Source: Owenia fusiformis
Taxonomy: Eukaryota
Direction: 5' to 3'
DNA length: 64,000 nt
NCBI GenBank assembly: GCA_903813345.2
Contig: CAIIXF020000001.1
Location: 43,524,001-43,588,000, forward strand
Shown: one piece after another, positions 48,201-61,291 of the stretch
Position numbering within the stretch: the first letter of the stretch is position 1
How the letters are laid out: each line of letters opens with the position of its first letter
The notes under the pieces: model-generated
Database searches by the model: none
What the model saw: only the letters and a program-made list of their open reading frames with translations
What the model was told of the DNA's origin: nothing
Program-made: the position numbers and the translations under genes

Positions 48201-50494
48201 CTTGTAAATTATAGATGTACAGGACGAGGTGTTATCAAAACATTATCAAATCAAGTCCAATGAAAAATGATAATTCTAAAAACAGCAGTTGATACATTTG
48301 GGCTGTCCTAACAGATATGAGATCTTGGAAAATGTCTTAGGGGGATGAGCAATGTTGATTGGAATAGTTCAGTAATTCTCATCTCAGTTAATCAACATTG
48401 AATAGCCTTTCTTGATTGATATCAAGCAACTATTAATATATCACTTAGATCTGCCAGAATTTCTCTTTTTCCACTTTCAAGTGAATTTCTGATTGATACT
48501 GTAAATGTTGTTACGCCACTAAGTGCAACACATATTACTCTTATAGCTCACTAATGAATCACAATTATTGCAGATTCATTTAATGATGCATTATACCATA
48601 GGTTTCCCTATGGCATGGCAGCCGATCAATGATGTCCCATTATAATTGCTTATATAATATCTCATATACCTTATATATATTTTGAGACCAATTTGTGGGT
48701 GTATTATTGTAGATATATTGAAATAATCAAACAAACAACCATTTGTCAGAATGAACACAATTGATTATCCATCTAGGGGAATCCCTGTCAAGTGACGGGA
48801 GCAGGTAATTCAATTGGACAATTTGCAATCGCAATTTTTTCGTTTTGAAGAAACAGACAAATATTATTATTTCGGTGAAACTTGCTACTTTATATTATAT
48901 TTACCTTGTAGCAAATTAGTTCATTCCTCTTTCAGCTGTCAAAATATGTTTTGTTTATTAACTTTTCTGTTTATCTTGGTAAAGGTATATACATAAAAAT
49001 CACTGGTGCTGCACTCTTCAAACTAGTTACCAAAACAGATCTGTTTCGGTAACAAAATGTCGGAACCTTGAAGGTCCGATTTTTCTTTTTTTCTTATTTC
49101 ATGAGTTGTAAGCAGAGTTCCCAAGATATTTTTATTGCAAATGTGTGTTGATATCTACACATTTACAAAATAGCGTTGATTTTATACCTCACTGTTAAAT
49201 GGCTTAAAAGTGCAGATCTTAACCGTTTTAGACGTTCTGTTGACGTAGCAAAAGTGAGGAATTATATGGACGATTCTGTCATCCCAAGAACTATTATGTG
49301 CAAATTCACTGGGACTTCCAGAAACATGATGCTTATGCATGTTTGTGCCGAAACGGTTGGGATGCTTTATGCTGTATAGCTCAAAAAATCGATGAAAAAG
49401 AAAATTTTTACCAAACTTTCCAACTGGAACCATGGCCATCCTGTTACCAAAACAAATACAGTGTAATTGAGTGCAGTACCAGTGAAAAATAAGATATTGT
49501 TATTAATATGTATACAGGCTCAGTCTTTTATTAATCCCTGGATGATACCTGGGTGCCCTTTCAGCCTTATCTACTTGTATAAACTTAGATACAAATATTA
49601 GATGAATCCTTTTGAAACTCTTCAAGCTGTCAATGGTTTAAATGTCACCTGCATATGGAATTCATTTTATGGTACTCCTCAAAATGCCAGATTCTGAGTG
49701 TTGGTTGATTGCTCTTTTGACTTGTGAGGAATTTGAAGTAAAAACTCTCATTTACCTTTCCAACAGTTTGATATGACACTCAGGGTAAACCCTCATGGAT
49801 ATTCCCTCTAAATATATTTCATTGTTTGCTACACATGATCCCTCAAGTACCCCCAGAGACAAAAATCGGGAGGGTTCATGCCGGACGAATGTGGTTAATA
49901 ACTTTGCCCATAGAAGCCAGAGGTGTGCCTATAAAGGAATGGACGTCATAAAGGGCACATCTTGTAACGCTCATAAAAGTGCATCTAGTTTGGCTACTCA
50001 TCTGAAACTTCTCAGAGAGTTGCTTCATGAAGTATAATTTTAATGTGCTACAGAAAAATTGGTATTCTTGCAAACAAAAAAGTCATGCAACATTATGTTG
50101 GTTGCATATTTTGTGTCACCCTGTATATATGCATAAATGTTTTTGAGAATGAAAATAAAATGCAATGTTTCATAGATATGAGAATCTATCTCGCCAGTTG
50201 AAAATTTCGAAAAGGAATGATTTGAAAATTTCTGGACATTTCTTTGTTGAAATAAGTAAAATGACAACATTGCAATTAGTTGAGAAAAATATCCTGTGCA
50301 GGACACTCTGTAAAACAAAATGTCTATACATTAACTTTATTTGAACTTTTATTTTTGTACTTTCAGGGCGACAAAGAAAATGGTTCAGTTTTGCAGATGC
50401 TAAGGCCCAACTAGCTTTACACAAACCAGTACAGACTTCTTACTTAGACTTAGTTAACGGTAAAATCAATGGAAAAAAGGATGGGGTAGGGTGA
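30217..50494 (+). CDS. NUDT3: Diphosphoinositol polyphosphate phosphohydrolase (DIPP; NUDT3/NUDT4 family), 155 aa
   Basis: Exons 30217-30315, 34292-34447, 39156-39240, 50367-50494 sum to 468 nt. Translation: MVKEKPNSVRTYDEDGFKRRAACLCF; Nudix box WIVPGGGIEPTE..AAQREALEEAGV; WEEAISMGRQRKWF..HKPVQ. The symbol denotes the family, since NUDT3/4/10/11 are vertebrate paralogues. Confidence 0.95.
30563..31032. mobile_element. Non-autonomous element with TTA...TAA termini and an 8-bp TSD
   Basis: GCCTAGAC|TTACTTCGG ... CTCGAGTAA|GCCTAGAC, with TSDs at 30555-30562 and 31033-31040. Confidence 0.78.
31130..31617. mobile_element. TTAA-flanked non-autonomous element (Kolobok-like) carrying a tRNA-like cassette
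   Basis: TTAA|AGCTGGACTGCGCTCCGAAACGCAAT ... ATTGCGTTTTGGAGCGATGTGCAGGT|TTAA. Confidence 0.8.
31407..31481 (+). pseudogene. tRNA-like cassette: tRNA-Pro-like body, AGC anticodon, unpaired acceptor stem
   Basis: TGGTCTAGGGGTA (A box); anticodon arm CTCGC-TTAGCAC-GCGGG; T arm CGGG-TTCGAAT-CCCG; TTTTT terminator at 31477. Confidence 0.8.
31866..32595. mobile_element. MITE-like element with subterminal inverted repeats
   Basis: AATACTCCAATTCGCGAT (~31910) and ATCGCGTATTGGAGTATT (~32550); ends TAGGTGTAATTG / CAATTACCTA; CpG-richer than its flanks. Confidence 0.6.
35140..35646. repeat. ~125-bp tandem repeat, 4 copies
   Basis: ATTTCTTATTTTGATGTTGACCC..GAGTCCATTGGCTCACATT..GAACACCT..TCATATAGAACA is repeated four times. 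Confidence 0.9.
36031..36404 (+). mobile_element. Dispersed repeat with TA|CCCT...AGGG|TA ends, copy 2 of 3 (longest)
   Basis: Collinear with 16966-17256 and 43217-43578. Confidence 0.85.
40836..42335 (+). mobile_element. Helentron-associated (HINE/DINE-like) element with ~162-bp internal tandem array
   Basis: T-rich flanks; 5' subTIR/hairpin GTCCCCACCACATAGTGTGGGGC; (GTCC/GTCT)n microsatellite at 40883-40936; ~6 units beginning GCCATTTTGGATTTT at 41411, 41574, 41736, 41897, 42061, 42213; 3' subTIR TGGTGGGGAC. Confidence 0.82.
43217..43578 (+). mobile_element. Dispersed repeat with CCCT...AGGG ends, copy 3 of 3
   Basis: Collinear with 16966-17256 and 36031-36404. Confidence 0.85.
44922..45282 (+). 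mobile_element. Short HINE-like element
   Basis: 5' hairpin-like CCCATCTAACAAAGTTCGGAGGG; GTCC/GTCT microsatellite; two copies of TATAATGACACTTTTGGTAGAAGGTGGCCATTTTGAA about 139 bp apart. Confidence 0.6.
46425..46631. mobile_element. hAT-like MITE, 207 bp
   Basis: TIRs CAGGCCCGTAGCCAGG / CCTGGCTACGGGCCTG; flanks GACTACTA and TACTACTA (7/8 match); GAACCCCCC subterminal motifs. Confidence 0.88.
49001..49484. mobile_element. TIR element with CACTG...CAGTG termini (CMC/Transib-like)
   Basis: CACTGGTGCTGCACTC / GAGTGCAGTACCAGTG; AAAAAT on both sides. Confidence 0.75.
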
Positions 50495-51822
50495 CATGAA
50501 CCATATATCACAACCATTGCTACATAACTATGATATGTTCATCCTACATATGTCTTCAACTGGAGGAGGAAACGAACATGAGGTCATACCTAGATCAACC
50601 ACTAGAATTTACATGTGCTAGGAAATCAGGAAATCTATATACCTACAATTGTATGGTTTTAATACACCACAGCTTCAGTGAAATGTATACCACTCAAGGA
50701 TGCAGAACATGACGTAGATACATCCAAGATTGATTCATCATATACCTATTCTTAGCTTTAACTGAAATCTCAGAATATTTATTCAAACTCCCCCTCAAGG
50801 GATTGTTGTCTGTACCAAGGATTAAGATCAATTTTTCTTTTTCTTGTGTTTATTTCACATCTACAGTTAAATAGGTCATGATGACAAGTGATTTATTGTT
50901 TCCTATATCCAGTTGATGTAATCAGAATTTCTGGGTTGTTGAGGCCAGGAAAATTAGATCTAGTGTTTAACATGTCCTGTATCTCTTTTAAGCTACGCAT
51001 TGTGCATCTTATTCTAGCAGTTTCATATTTAGTACATATAATGACAGTATTATTTTCACATTTTAATGATATAAAAAAGGAAAACATTGGGCTGTCATCC
51101 CTCTACAGAAAGAAAATGCTTAACATAGATTTAAAATACCTTAGCCTTGACTTGGAAAACAAGTGGTCACCCAGTAAGGTCAGTGTCTGATGATTACCTG
51201 AACTTACAATACCTGAACAGAGAAACTTGGTAACACATGAACTGATTGGGCTGTTGCCAGGAATATATACTCCCAACCAAATAGTATTTGATATTCTACG
51301 TTTTACTGTACAATACCATGTTTTTCAAGTGGCCCAATTAACAGACTTCTTTTCTGTATATATTAACCTTTCGCACCTGTTGTAGTTGGCAAATAACTGA
51401 ATAATTACAAAAGGATGGGAGTAAGGTTGAAATTGATGATTTATAAAAGTGAAAGCATTTACTTGTAGCCTAAATTGCTGTTATAAAACCAGGTCTGACC
51501 ATAAATAAAATTTATTGGGGTTTATGTGGGCAAACAAGACATCAAAACACTTATTTGTTTCATGATTTTGATGATATCTAGGTGAGGCTAGTTTGAAGTA
51601 ACTCTTCAGTTTATTTTAATGATCACAAAGCACTTTTATTAGCTATTAAATAATGTAAAGTAAAGGTCAGGATCTGTATACTGATATGTCAAAAGTCATG
51701 TATTCACATAAATAGAGAAATTAAGATGATGAAATTCTTGCATTTGATAATCTTACATCAACTCTCTGAGTCATCTAAAGCTCTTGATTTTGTCACTACA
51801 CAAATTTGTGAATACATATATA

Positions 51823-52002
51823 CAGTAAAACCTCTATATCTGAGCAACTCTCAAATCTAAACACCTCTCAATGTGAACACCTTTGAAGTCCAACTTTAAT
51901 CTGCCATATATTCCCATGTTAAAAAAACTTGGAATGTGAACACTTGCCAAACTGAACACTTTTGGCAGGTCCTTGTATTGTTTAAACTTGACAGGTTTTA
52001 CC
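51823..52002. mobile_element. pogo/Tigger-like MITE remnant
   Basis: TA|CAGTAAAACCT ... AGGTTTTAC with repeated GAACAC motifs; related ends at ~19940 and ~53725-53847. Confidence 0.6.
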
Positions 52003-52242
52003 AAAGAATATTTAATGTTGTCAATTACAATGTAACTGATAACTGCTTTACTGTAGAATTCAATGACTATCAGCCACTCTAGGCTTGTTATCACATCCTT
52101 ATCTCATTATTATCTGCTATTGGCACTCTGAGAGGTGAAATCAGAACTCGAAAAAGAACTGTGATTGTATTGAATGGTTTCATTTTCTTATCATATGTCT
52201 TATTGTTATTGTCAATGTTTACCTTATGGATCCTTCTCAGAT

Positions 52243-52800
52243 GATTGATTGAAAATGAACATATACATTAGGGGTATCATGATACATCAAAATTGGTTGA
52301 AAATGAACATATATTAGGGGTATCATGATACATCAAAATTGATTGAAAATGAACATATACATTAGGGGTATCATGATACATCAAAATTGATTGAAAATGA
52401 ACATATACATTAGGGGTATCATGATACATCAAAATTGATTGAAAATGAACATATATATTAGGGGTATCATGATACATCAAAATTGATTGAAAATGAACAT
52501 ATACATTAGGGGTATCATGATACATCAAAATTGATTAAAAATGAACATATACATTAGGGGTATCATGATACATCAAAATTGATTGAAAATGAACATATAT
52601 ATTAGGGGTATCATGATACATCAAAATTGATTGAAAATGAACATATACATTAGGGGTATCATGATACATCAAAATTGATTGAAAATGAACATATACATTA
52701 GGGGTATCATGATACATCAAAATTGATTGAAAATGAACATATACATTAGGGGTATCACGATACATCTGTATACTTTAAGGGTATCATGATACATCAAGAT
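52243..52800. repeat. 48-bp minisatellite, ~11 near-identical copies
   Basis: Unit AAAATTGATTGAAAATGAACATATACATTAGGGGTATCATGATACATC. Confidence 0.97.
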
Positions 52801-54382
52801 TGGTTGAACCCAGGTCAGATGACCTAAGATACCCATTTGGTATTTCCCCATAAGGGGCCTCATTTTGAAAATGTATTTTGTACTTAGTTACAGAATAGAA
52901 ACATAATACTGAATGACAAAGCAAATATTCTTTCTTGATATTATCACTGTATCCTTGTTCATGTAGGAGTAAGCAAGGCAAATTGATGGTTGTTTACTCA
53001 TCTTAGAACTGGATCATGTTATCTGTCTCTTGGCCTCAATTTTTTTTTACAAAACTAAGTCATGTTTTTTTGTTGTCGTATTTTATTTTTAGCAGTGTAG
53101 GCAAGACAAGTTATTATTTATATCACAAGAAATATTATATACTTGTCCAGTATTCTAACGATTGCAGAAATGTTCTAAAGCCTTTCTGACGGAACCAGTA
53201 CATTTGAAAAACTTGAATGAACTGTGAGGCTATGATAGTCTGTAACAGAGAACTTCATGACCAGCTGTTGATAGGTAGCTCTTGTAGAGATCTCTTATTT
53301 ACAGGTGAATATACAGTATCTTGTAAAGGGCTCTATTACACAGGTTTTCTGTCTGATGCTTAGTGCAGTGAGGTCAATGGCAGAGCATCTTGCCTAAATC
53401 AAACGTTTGCTTGGATCTCGTTAATCTTTCTGATTTAAAACAGTTCCTGACCTTAGAAGTAGAAATGTTCAGGTCATTGCTCAGTCCGTTTTACGTGAAT
53501 GCTGCTTCTATGGAATGTAGTGTCTGATATTAACAAAGTAGGCATCATATTATATCAGTTTGGAAAGAGGGTAGGAAATGTGCCAATTTTGGATTTTTTA
53601 ACAGTTCAATATCGAAGATGTATGTTTGGCATCATCCCCAACTTAACATTATCAGCTGGTAGTTGGTTATGCTAAGTTAGCCTATCCTAGAAGTATGTTA
53701 AATCATTGCTGTGATTAGCAGAAAGTGTTCATATTGAGAGGTGTTCACAATGAGAGGTCCTAATAACATAGTAAAAGTCACTGAAAAGACCTCCAAATTT
53801 AGAGATGTTCACTTTAGAGAGGTCTTCACATATACAGATTTTACTGTTGCAGGTGTTATGTATTTTCGTTTCTATTAATCATTGGAGCCTAGAAAATATT
53901 TCAAAATGAGAGAAGAGTAATTCATCTTGATAGAACCTGATTACCTGTGCATTTTATTTTTCGGTCAAGTAGACCCAGATAATTGAACCCACAGTTGTTC
54001 AGGATTTTACAATGTGCTACATTAAATAAGTATGCCAAATTCATATTTTTTTCTTCATTTTTGTCATTTTTGTTTTGCCGAAATTGGATAATTTGAGAGG
54101 TTCTCTTCGGACTCTTTGGCATTATATAAACATGTACATGGAGCTATTATCCCCCTCTATATTTCCCAATATCTATTTTTGGAGATTGAATTTATATATA
54201 TGTAAAGATGTAAGTCGGCCAGATTATGGATATCAAATATTGTAAGATTAGTCCTATTATTGAGTTGCTTGGGAATTGAGAAAATCCCCATAATGTCATA
54301 CTTAAAGAGGACTAAATTACTAGAGGTTCCGTTCTTTCTGCATTTATAAAATTATATCCTGCAAATTACCAGATTCACACAG

Positions 54383-54446
54383 ATCTAGAATCAGCTCAAG
54401 GCACCTTGCAGTGAATCTAGAATCGGCTCAAGGCACCTTGCAGTGA
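54383..54446. repeat. 32-bp direct tandem duplication
   Basis: ATCTAGAATC(A/G)GCTCAAGGCACCTTGCAGTGA occurs twice. Confidence 0.9.
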
Positions 54447-55829
54447 AGAACTAAATCACAAATTAATTTTTATACTTTTGACCTTGCCCTAAAATGAATG
54501 TTTTCCTGTACCTTGGTGTCAAATATCTGAATATTCACTTTCCGAGTGACTTTCATGACTTAAGCTCTCTGTTAATAAACTCTCATAACTCTTCTGTTTC
54601 ATATTTAACATGATTGTATTTGAAAGGAATGTTCTTTGGAGGTAAACTTAACCTTGATATTCAATGAAACTCAGGCCTTCGTTGGTAATTACATCTCTCT
54701 ATCCCTTAATCAACATATTGTGTATGAGTTAATTTACTCAAATAGAAATGATCTGGCAAAGCACCGTTTAATTTTAATAGTACAATAGTCTGGAGGTGTA
54801 TATCATTCACAATAAAGCACTGTGTCATTTCTCTATAATTTTCATAATGAGTCACCATTTTATTCATAATTTCAATTTTATTATTACTTGTACTTCAACT
54901 CTATGAAACTCTTTTGAAATAGGTTGAAATAAAGAGACTTTTTGTGAATTAACTGTGCATCAAAAAATTCATGAAATGAACATGCAGTTATAAAATCCAC
55001 AAATTAATTTTTAAAAATCAATTGAAGAACAGGTATGATATTTGTACCTGTATACGTGCAAGGCAGAATGTATAGATACAGACTTTCCTATATGTATTCT
55101 ATTGGATCTGGTTTCTACAACATACATTATAATAAGCCCCAATATACTTCGGTCCAATCAATACTCAGTACATGATAGGAATCCTGATTTGTAACAACAG
55201 TTTAGTATTGAATAAGATGAATGCATTCAATTAACGGTATCTTGTTCAATAGAAGATGTTAAGATATAAGGGTACGTTTATTCAATGCAGGAGGTAACAT
55301 AGATTGTATTGAATTGAGGTAAACTTATTTGATCAATTAATTAATACAAATCAAATATGGTTACGATGACTTGCTTTGAGAGAGACTTATCATTTGTATG
55401 GAAGACAATTACATATATATGAGATAAATAATAAGGATTACTGTGTAGGTTCTTAATTGTAACTTCACAATTTGTCAAACTAACAAGCGAGCATTAACTC
55501 TTGATATTTCAACTCATCAACCGAGTTGTTTCTATTTATTATGTTATGCCACAACTGTCCCGTGGCTGATGGTTAGATCATACCTCTTGTAAACGAGATA
55601 CTTGGGACCATTCACCACTTTTACTACCATAAACATATTGCACTATTCAGATCATTCTCACGAGCCTCAAGTGGTTTGAACTCAAGAAAGTAAGACTCAA
55701 AGTCTCCTGGTATTTAAAGACTATTGATTTAGTCTGAAGATATCCATTCTAATGGCATCATCAATAAACTCGGATCTATTTTTGCTAATATTTTTACACG
55801 ATCTTTCAGCGGCAACTTCAAGGTACTTA

Positions 55830-55888
55830 TAACAACTCGAACCCTCATGGTCATGCACCAGCCAACTGGTCTATCTACCACTCGACTA
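55830..55888 (-). mobile_element. Degenerate tRNA-derived SINE-like head
   Basis: Minus strand has TAGTCGAGTGG (A-box-like) and GGTTCGAGTT (B-box-like) at roughly tRNA spacing. Confidence 0.4.
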
Positions 55889-58356
55889 TTTTCAGCTGTA
55901 ACTTAAAATTAGTACATAACTTGTCATTATTATCAGTATAAATTGTAGTATTCACTCATCAACATATTTTATACTTAAGTCTTTTATAACTAATTTTTAC
56001 TAAAACAGTGCCCTTGAGTATAAATATAGAAATTCTCAACCAATATATTCCAATGTTAGTTTCCCACTATATGATGGGAAACTAAGATTGGAATAATTCT
56101 ATTGAATCATTATTAGTAGTTATGTGATGACTCTCAATTTTATTAAAAGTGCTTTGTGGCATAACATATTTGATTAATCATAGTTTATGTATTTAATTGA
56201 TAAAATCCATGTACTTGGAAGTAAGATTGCTTTGGTAAATCAAATCATGTGAAACGTAATCTTGTAATCTTTGATGAAATTGACACTGTAAAAATGGTTG
56301 ACCTTGTTTTATACTCATACATTTTATTTGGTTTCATTTTATTTGGTATCATTAAGAGTTTTTGTGATTTCAAATGTCTCCAATTGTGCTTTTTAAGTCT
56401 GCCCATAAAAAGTAATTGATTCGTTTATATGAGATTCCACAATACATGCGTTACACTTAAGCTTCACTCGTGATATCACTATACAATAAAATGTCAGGAT
56501 GTTCCGTCTATTTTTCACTAAATATTAAAAACAAGAGATTTAACCATTTAGATTTTGTTGTTGAGACCTCAGATAAGAATCAACCAAAACATTATATGAA
56601 TTAATATTTTGTAGATCCTTGTACTCTCACAGGTGTGAATTCTGATGTTTTTTGTAATATTTTGTAAGAGAAGTTAACTTAATCCATAACATTGATACAG
56701 CCTCAGTGTTCATAGGATTCATTTCAATTAGTGTTAGCAGATGGCAGGCATGTGCAGGATGAACAGTAATAACATGTATAGTGTAATATTATGTATATAG
56801 TGTATATATTCTCAGCCCTTACCTGTAGCTGTATGATGTGAATAGCATACATGTATTTAAAAATCCAAATATCCTTTTGAAATGAAGCTACCAAGTGTAC
56901 TTTTGTATCACACTTTCTTTGACATTTCAAGTTTGGATTTTTATTATTTATTTTTTATTTAAAAGCCTCTCTTACTATAGGTGTAAATAAATGAAATAAT
57001 TTGCATTTTCAATATTTTTCAGATACTTAATAAAAAGGATCTTGACATGACAAAATGAACTTGGTTGTCATATCCTTCTAAGAGAAGAAAAAATGCTTAA
57101 CATGTTTTATTTAATCACTATAGTCTAAGTTCTGCCAAAGACTTGCAATGTTATTGTTATACATAATGTTTGGAATATATTCTGATATTATAAATTGGTT
57201 GAATTTTGAACATTGTATATAGGGTATGTCGTTGCAAGAATACAGTATTGTGTCATTTCAGCCCAATTTACTGGGATACCTTTATGTGCTTTAATACAAC
57301 AAAATCATTTGATGAACTGTATGTAAATAGTCAACAATTATGTTCATCTGTTGTAAGTTGTCATTATTTTTAAACTCTTGCAGCATTCTTGGAAAAGAAA
57401 CTGGCTGGCATAATTAGAAATGTTGACTCTCAGTGAATAATAATCAGCATTCTTCAAAATTATGGCTTGTTTTAAGCCATAACAGATTCACTGACTTTCA
57501 ACACCAAACATGACTTTCAAGAGGTGATATTGGTTATGCCACAAATTTAAAGCCAGACAAAATGGAATTGTATTATATTTATTTCCACCCATGAAATGCT
57601 TGATAGTGACTTTGATAAGTGACATGGATTATTTTGTAATTATTGTAAATTTTCAGCATTTACATGATCTTTAAGCCAAACTTGTCAGATTCAGGATAAT
57701 TTTGTAGATGCTATAATAATTATTAAAAAGATACTGAACACAGGTGGAATTGTTGATCAGTAATTAATTCTCTAAGGTTTAGATTCATTGAAAAAGTATT
57801 CTTTGCACATGTCATATTACCATAACATGTACACGTATACCAGAGTGTAATGCATGTATTATATTACTGGTAGAACTTGTCAGCATATAATGATAAATAA
57901 ATATGTGATTGAATGTGTATTTTAGAAACAGTTATTACATCCTCCAAATGCATGGCTCCAGACATGATCCAAGGAAGGAACAGAGGAGTGGATGGTGCCA
58001 TGCATTTGGAGAATTTGAAATGCAGTGTTTTCTTTTTGCCATCATTATTTGCAGTTTGTGTAAAACAGATTTTCATGTTCCCAGTACCAGTGTGTAGATT
58101 TATTTACCAGGTGAATTGTGTATTACAAAATGTGTGATTTCAATTAGACCATATCACTGATTTTTTTTGTTTTTTTTTGTTTTGGAGATTTGGAATTTTA
58201 AAAGATTGTTTTGTTTTGAGAATAATATGCACTTGTTTACTTACCCAATATTAAATTTGAATATTTGAAACAAAACTGAATTTAATGAAATTATAAGGAA
58301 ATGCAGTATTTGAATGTCATAAACAGCTGGAAGATACAAGTAGAATAAACATAATA

Positions 58357-58753
58357 CTGTACTCTGGGTATTTTTCACGTGAGATTTAGTTTCGTGCTTT
58401 TCGTGATCGTGGTAAAATCGCAAAAATTAATCTTCGCGAAATTGTCAATTAAATCCCCGTTGATTTGTGAAATTTCTTGTTACCTGGGACTCCATTGCAT
58501 TTCGTGTTTTGTAAAATGTTTGTCAAGTGTTTTTAGGCGATAAATGGGATACTAAGTAACAATGTCTGTTACAGTGGCTTATTATATCAAATAAACAAAA
58601 AATTTACGATGTAATAGAGGTTAAGGTGCGTGTCGTTGACCAATATGACATAGTAGTGGGTGTACTTAGTGAAATTCGCAAAATTTAATAGCCATGATAT
58701 TGCGTTTTCTCAAAATTCGCGAAATTAAAACTTGCGAAATAAATGGAATACAG
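58357..58753. mobile_element. TA-flanked MITE with TCGCGAA subterminal repeats
   Basis: TA|CTGTA ... TACAG|TA; repeated TTCGCGAAA/TCGCAAAA motifs near both ends. Confidence 0.7.
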
Positions 58754-58789
58754 TATTATTATTATTTTAAGGCCATGTGATGTTTATTA

Positions 58790-61130
58790 TTAGCTCACAT
58801 GGTGAGCTTTTGCAATCACTCACTTGTCCGTCTGTCTGTCCGTCTGTCTGTCCGTCTGTCTGTCTGTCCGTCAACAATAGTGGCACGTTTTAAAACCTCT
58901 GTCGATAGGATTCCTGTTTTAAGTTATTTCTGTTCAACATCAAAACAGAAAACCCCCCTATGACTCCTGGTTCAAAAGCTCGCCTATTTTCAAAATGGCC
59001 GTCACTTTTGTCTCGCGAAATTCACTTTTAGCCCATTTCCTAGCTAACCTCTGTCGATAGGATTCCTGTTTTAAGTTAATTCTGTTCAACATCAATACAG
59101 AAAACCCCCCTATGACTCCTGGTTCAAAAGCTCGCCTATTTTCAAAATGGCCGTCACTTTTGTCTCGCGAAATTCACTTTTGGCTCATTTCCTAGCTTTA
59201 CAAATAATTTCAGGTGTTCTACATTGTAGAAATCCATTGCAAAGTAAAGAGTAGATGTATGAAATAATTTTGTTACGAAAAATCAGCGAAAAATTATATC
59301 CATTTATTTATTTTCAGCCATTTTAGTTAACATTGATTTGTCCATCTGTCTTGCAAAATTCACTTTTGGACCATTTTTTGTATCCATTTTTTTATTTTCA
59401 GCCATTTTAGTTAACATTGATTTGTCTATCTGACTCGCGAAATCCACTTTCTGTCAATAACAGTGGCACGTTTTAAAACCTCTGTCGATAGGATTCCTGT
59501 TTTAAGTTATTTCTGTTCAACATGAATCCAGAAAACTCCCCTATGACTCCTGGTTCAAAAGCTCGCCTATTTTCAACATGGCCGCCATTTTTGTCTCGCG
59601 AAATTCACTTTTGACCCATTTCCTAGCTTTACAAATAATTTCAAGTGTCCTACATTGTAGAAATCCATTGCAAAGTAAAGAGTAGATGTATGAAATAATT
59701 TTGTTACGAAAAATCAGCGAAAAATTATATCCATTTATTTATTTTCAGCCATTCTAGTTAACATTGATTTGTCCATCTGTCTTGCAAAATTCACTTTTGG
59801 ACCATTTACCTTAAACCCTCTGTCGATAGGATTCCCATTTTAAGTTATTTTTGTTCAACATCAATACAAAAAACTCTCCTATGACTCTTGGTTCAAAAGC
59901 TTGGCTATTTTCAAAATGGCCGTCACTTTTGTCTCGCGAAATTCACTTTTGACCCATTTCCTAGCTTTACAAATAATTTCAGGTGTCCTACATTGTAAAA
60001 ATCCATGTCAATGTAAAGGGTAGATATATGAAATAATTTTGTTACAAAAAATCAGTGAAAAATTGTATCCATTTTTTTTATTTTCAGCCATTTTAGTTAA
60101 CATTGATCTGACTCGCGAAATCCACTTTCTGTGGCACGTTTTAAAACCTCTGTCGATAGGATTCCTGTTTTAAGTTATTTCTGTTCAACATCAATTCAGA
60201 AAACTCCCCTATGACTCCTGGTTCAAAAGCTCGCCTATTTTCAAAAAGGCCGCCATTTTTGTCTCGCGAAATTCACTTTTGACCCATTTCCTAGCTTTAC
60301 AAATAATTTCAAGTGTCCTACATTGTAAAAATCCATGTCAATGTAAAGAGTAGATGTATGAAATAATTTTGTTACGAAAAATCAGCAAAAAATTATATCC
60401 ATTTATTTATTTTCAGCCATTTTAGTTAACATTGATTTGTCCATCTGTCTCGCAAAATCCACTTTTGGACCATTTACCTTAAACCCTCTGTCGATAGGAT
60501 TCCCATTTTAAGTTAATTTTGTTCAACATCAATACAAAAAACTCTCCTATGACTCTTGGTTCAAAAGCTCGCCTATTTTCAAAATGGTTGCCATTCTTGT
60601 TTCGCGAAATTCACTTTTTGCCCATTTCCTAGCTTTACAAATAATTTCAGCTGTCCTGCATTGTAAAAAGCCATGTCACTGTAAAAGGTAGTTGTAGGAA
60701 ATAATTTTGTTACAAAAAATCGGCAAAATATTATATCCGTTTTTTTTTATTTTCAGCCATTTTAGTTAACATTGATTTGTCCATCTGTCTTGCGAAATCC
60801 TCTTTTGGACCATATACTTAAAACCTCTGTCGATAGGATTCCAGTTTCAAGTTATTTTTGTTCAACATCAATACAAAAAACTCCCCTATGACTCCTGGTT
60901 CAAAAGCTTGCCTGATTTCAAAATGGTCGCCATTTTTGTCTCGCGAAATTCAATTTTGGCCCATTTCCTAGCTTTACAAATAATTTCAGGTGTCTTGCAA
61001 TTGGCAAAAAATTATATCCGTTTTTTTTTCAGCCATTTTAATTGACTGAGAGACAGATGGCTTGAAATAATTTTGTAACAAAAAATCAGCAAAAATGTGA
61101 CCATGTGAGCCCAGTACCCACGGTACTAAT
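58790..61130 (+). mobile_element. Large HINE-like element with a ~335-bp internal tandem array (~7 units)
   Basis: 5' hairpin GCTCACATGGTGAGC; (GTCT/GTCC)n at 58826-58872; CTCTGTCGATAGGATTCC recurs at ~58897, 59050, 59480, 59818, 60148, 60486, 60825; 3' subTIR ACCATGTGAGC and 3' stem-loop AGTACC-CAC-GGTACT. Confidence 0.85.
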
Positions 61131-61291
61131 TTTATATTTTATATACAGCCAGAAACCAAAATGTACATGTCAAACAACTTATAGGGAGAAAAACTCTAGA
61201 ATATGTATATGATTTGGAATGTTTTATAATACACTAATTTGCAAATCCCATGTTTAATATGAAACAACTAGCACACAGATTTATATTTTAA

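Noticed and set aside
52243..52800. CRISPR-like array, or repeat-protein ORFs (MYHDTPNVYVHFQSIL)n
   Set aside because: Units are contiguous with no unique spacers and there are no cas genes. The ORFs arise because 48 is divisible by 3.
50495..58300. Additional protein-coding gene among the short ORFs downstream of DIPP
   Set aside because: Short AT-rich ORFs with no recognisable homology or consistent exon chain; may be long 3' UTR or intergenic DNA.
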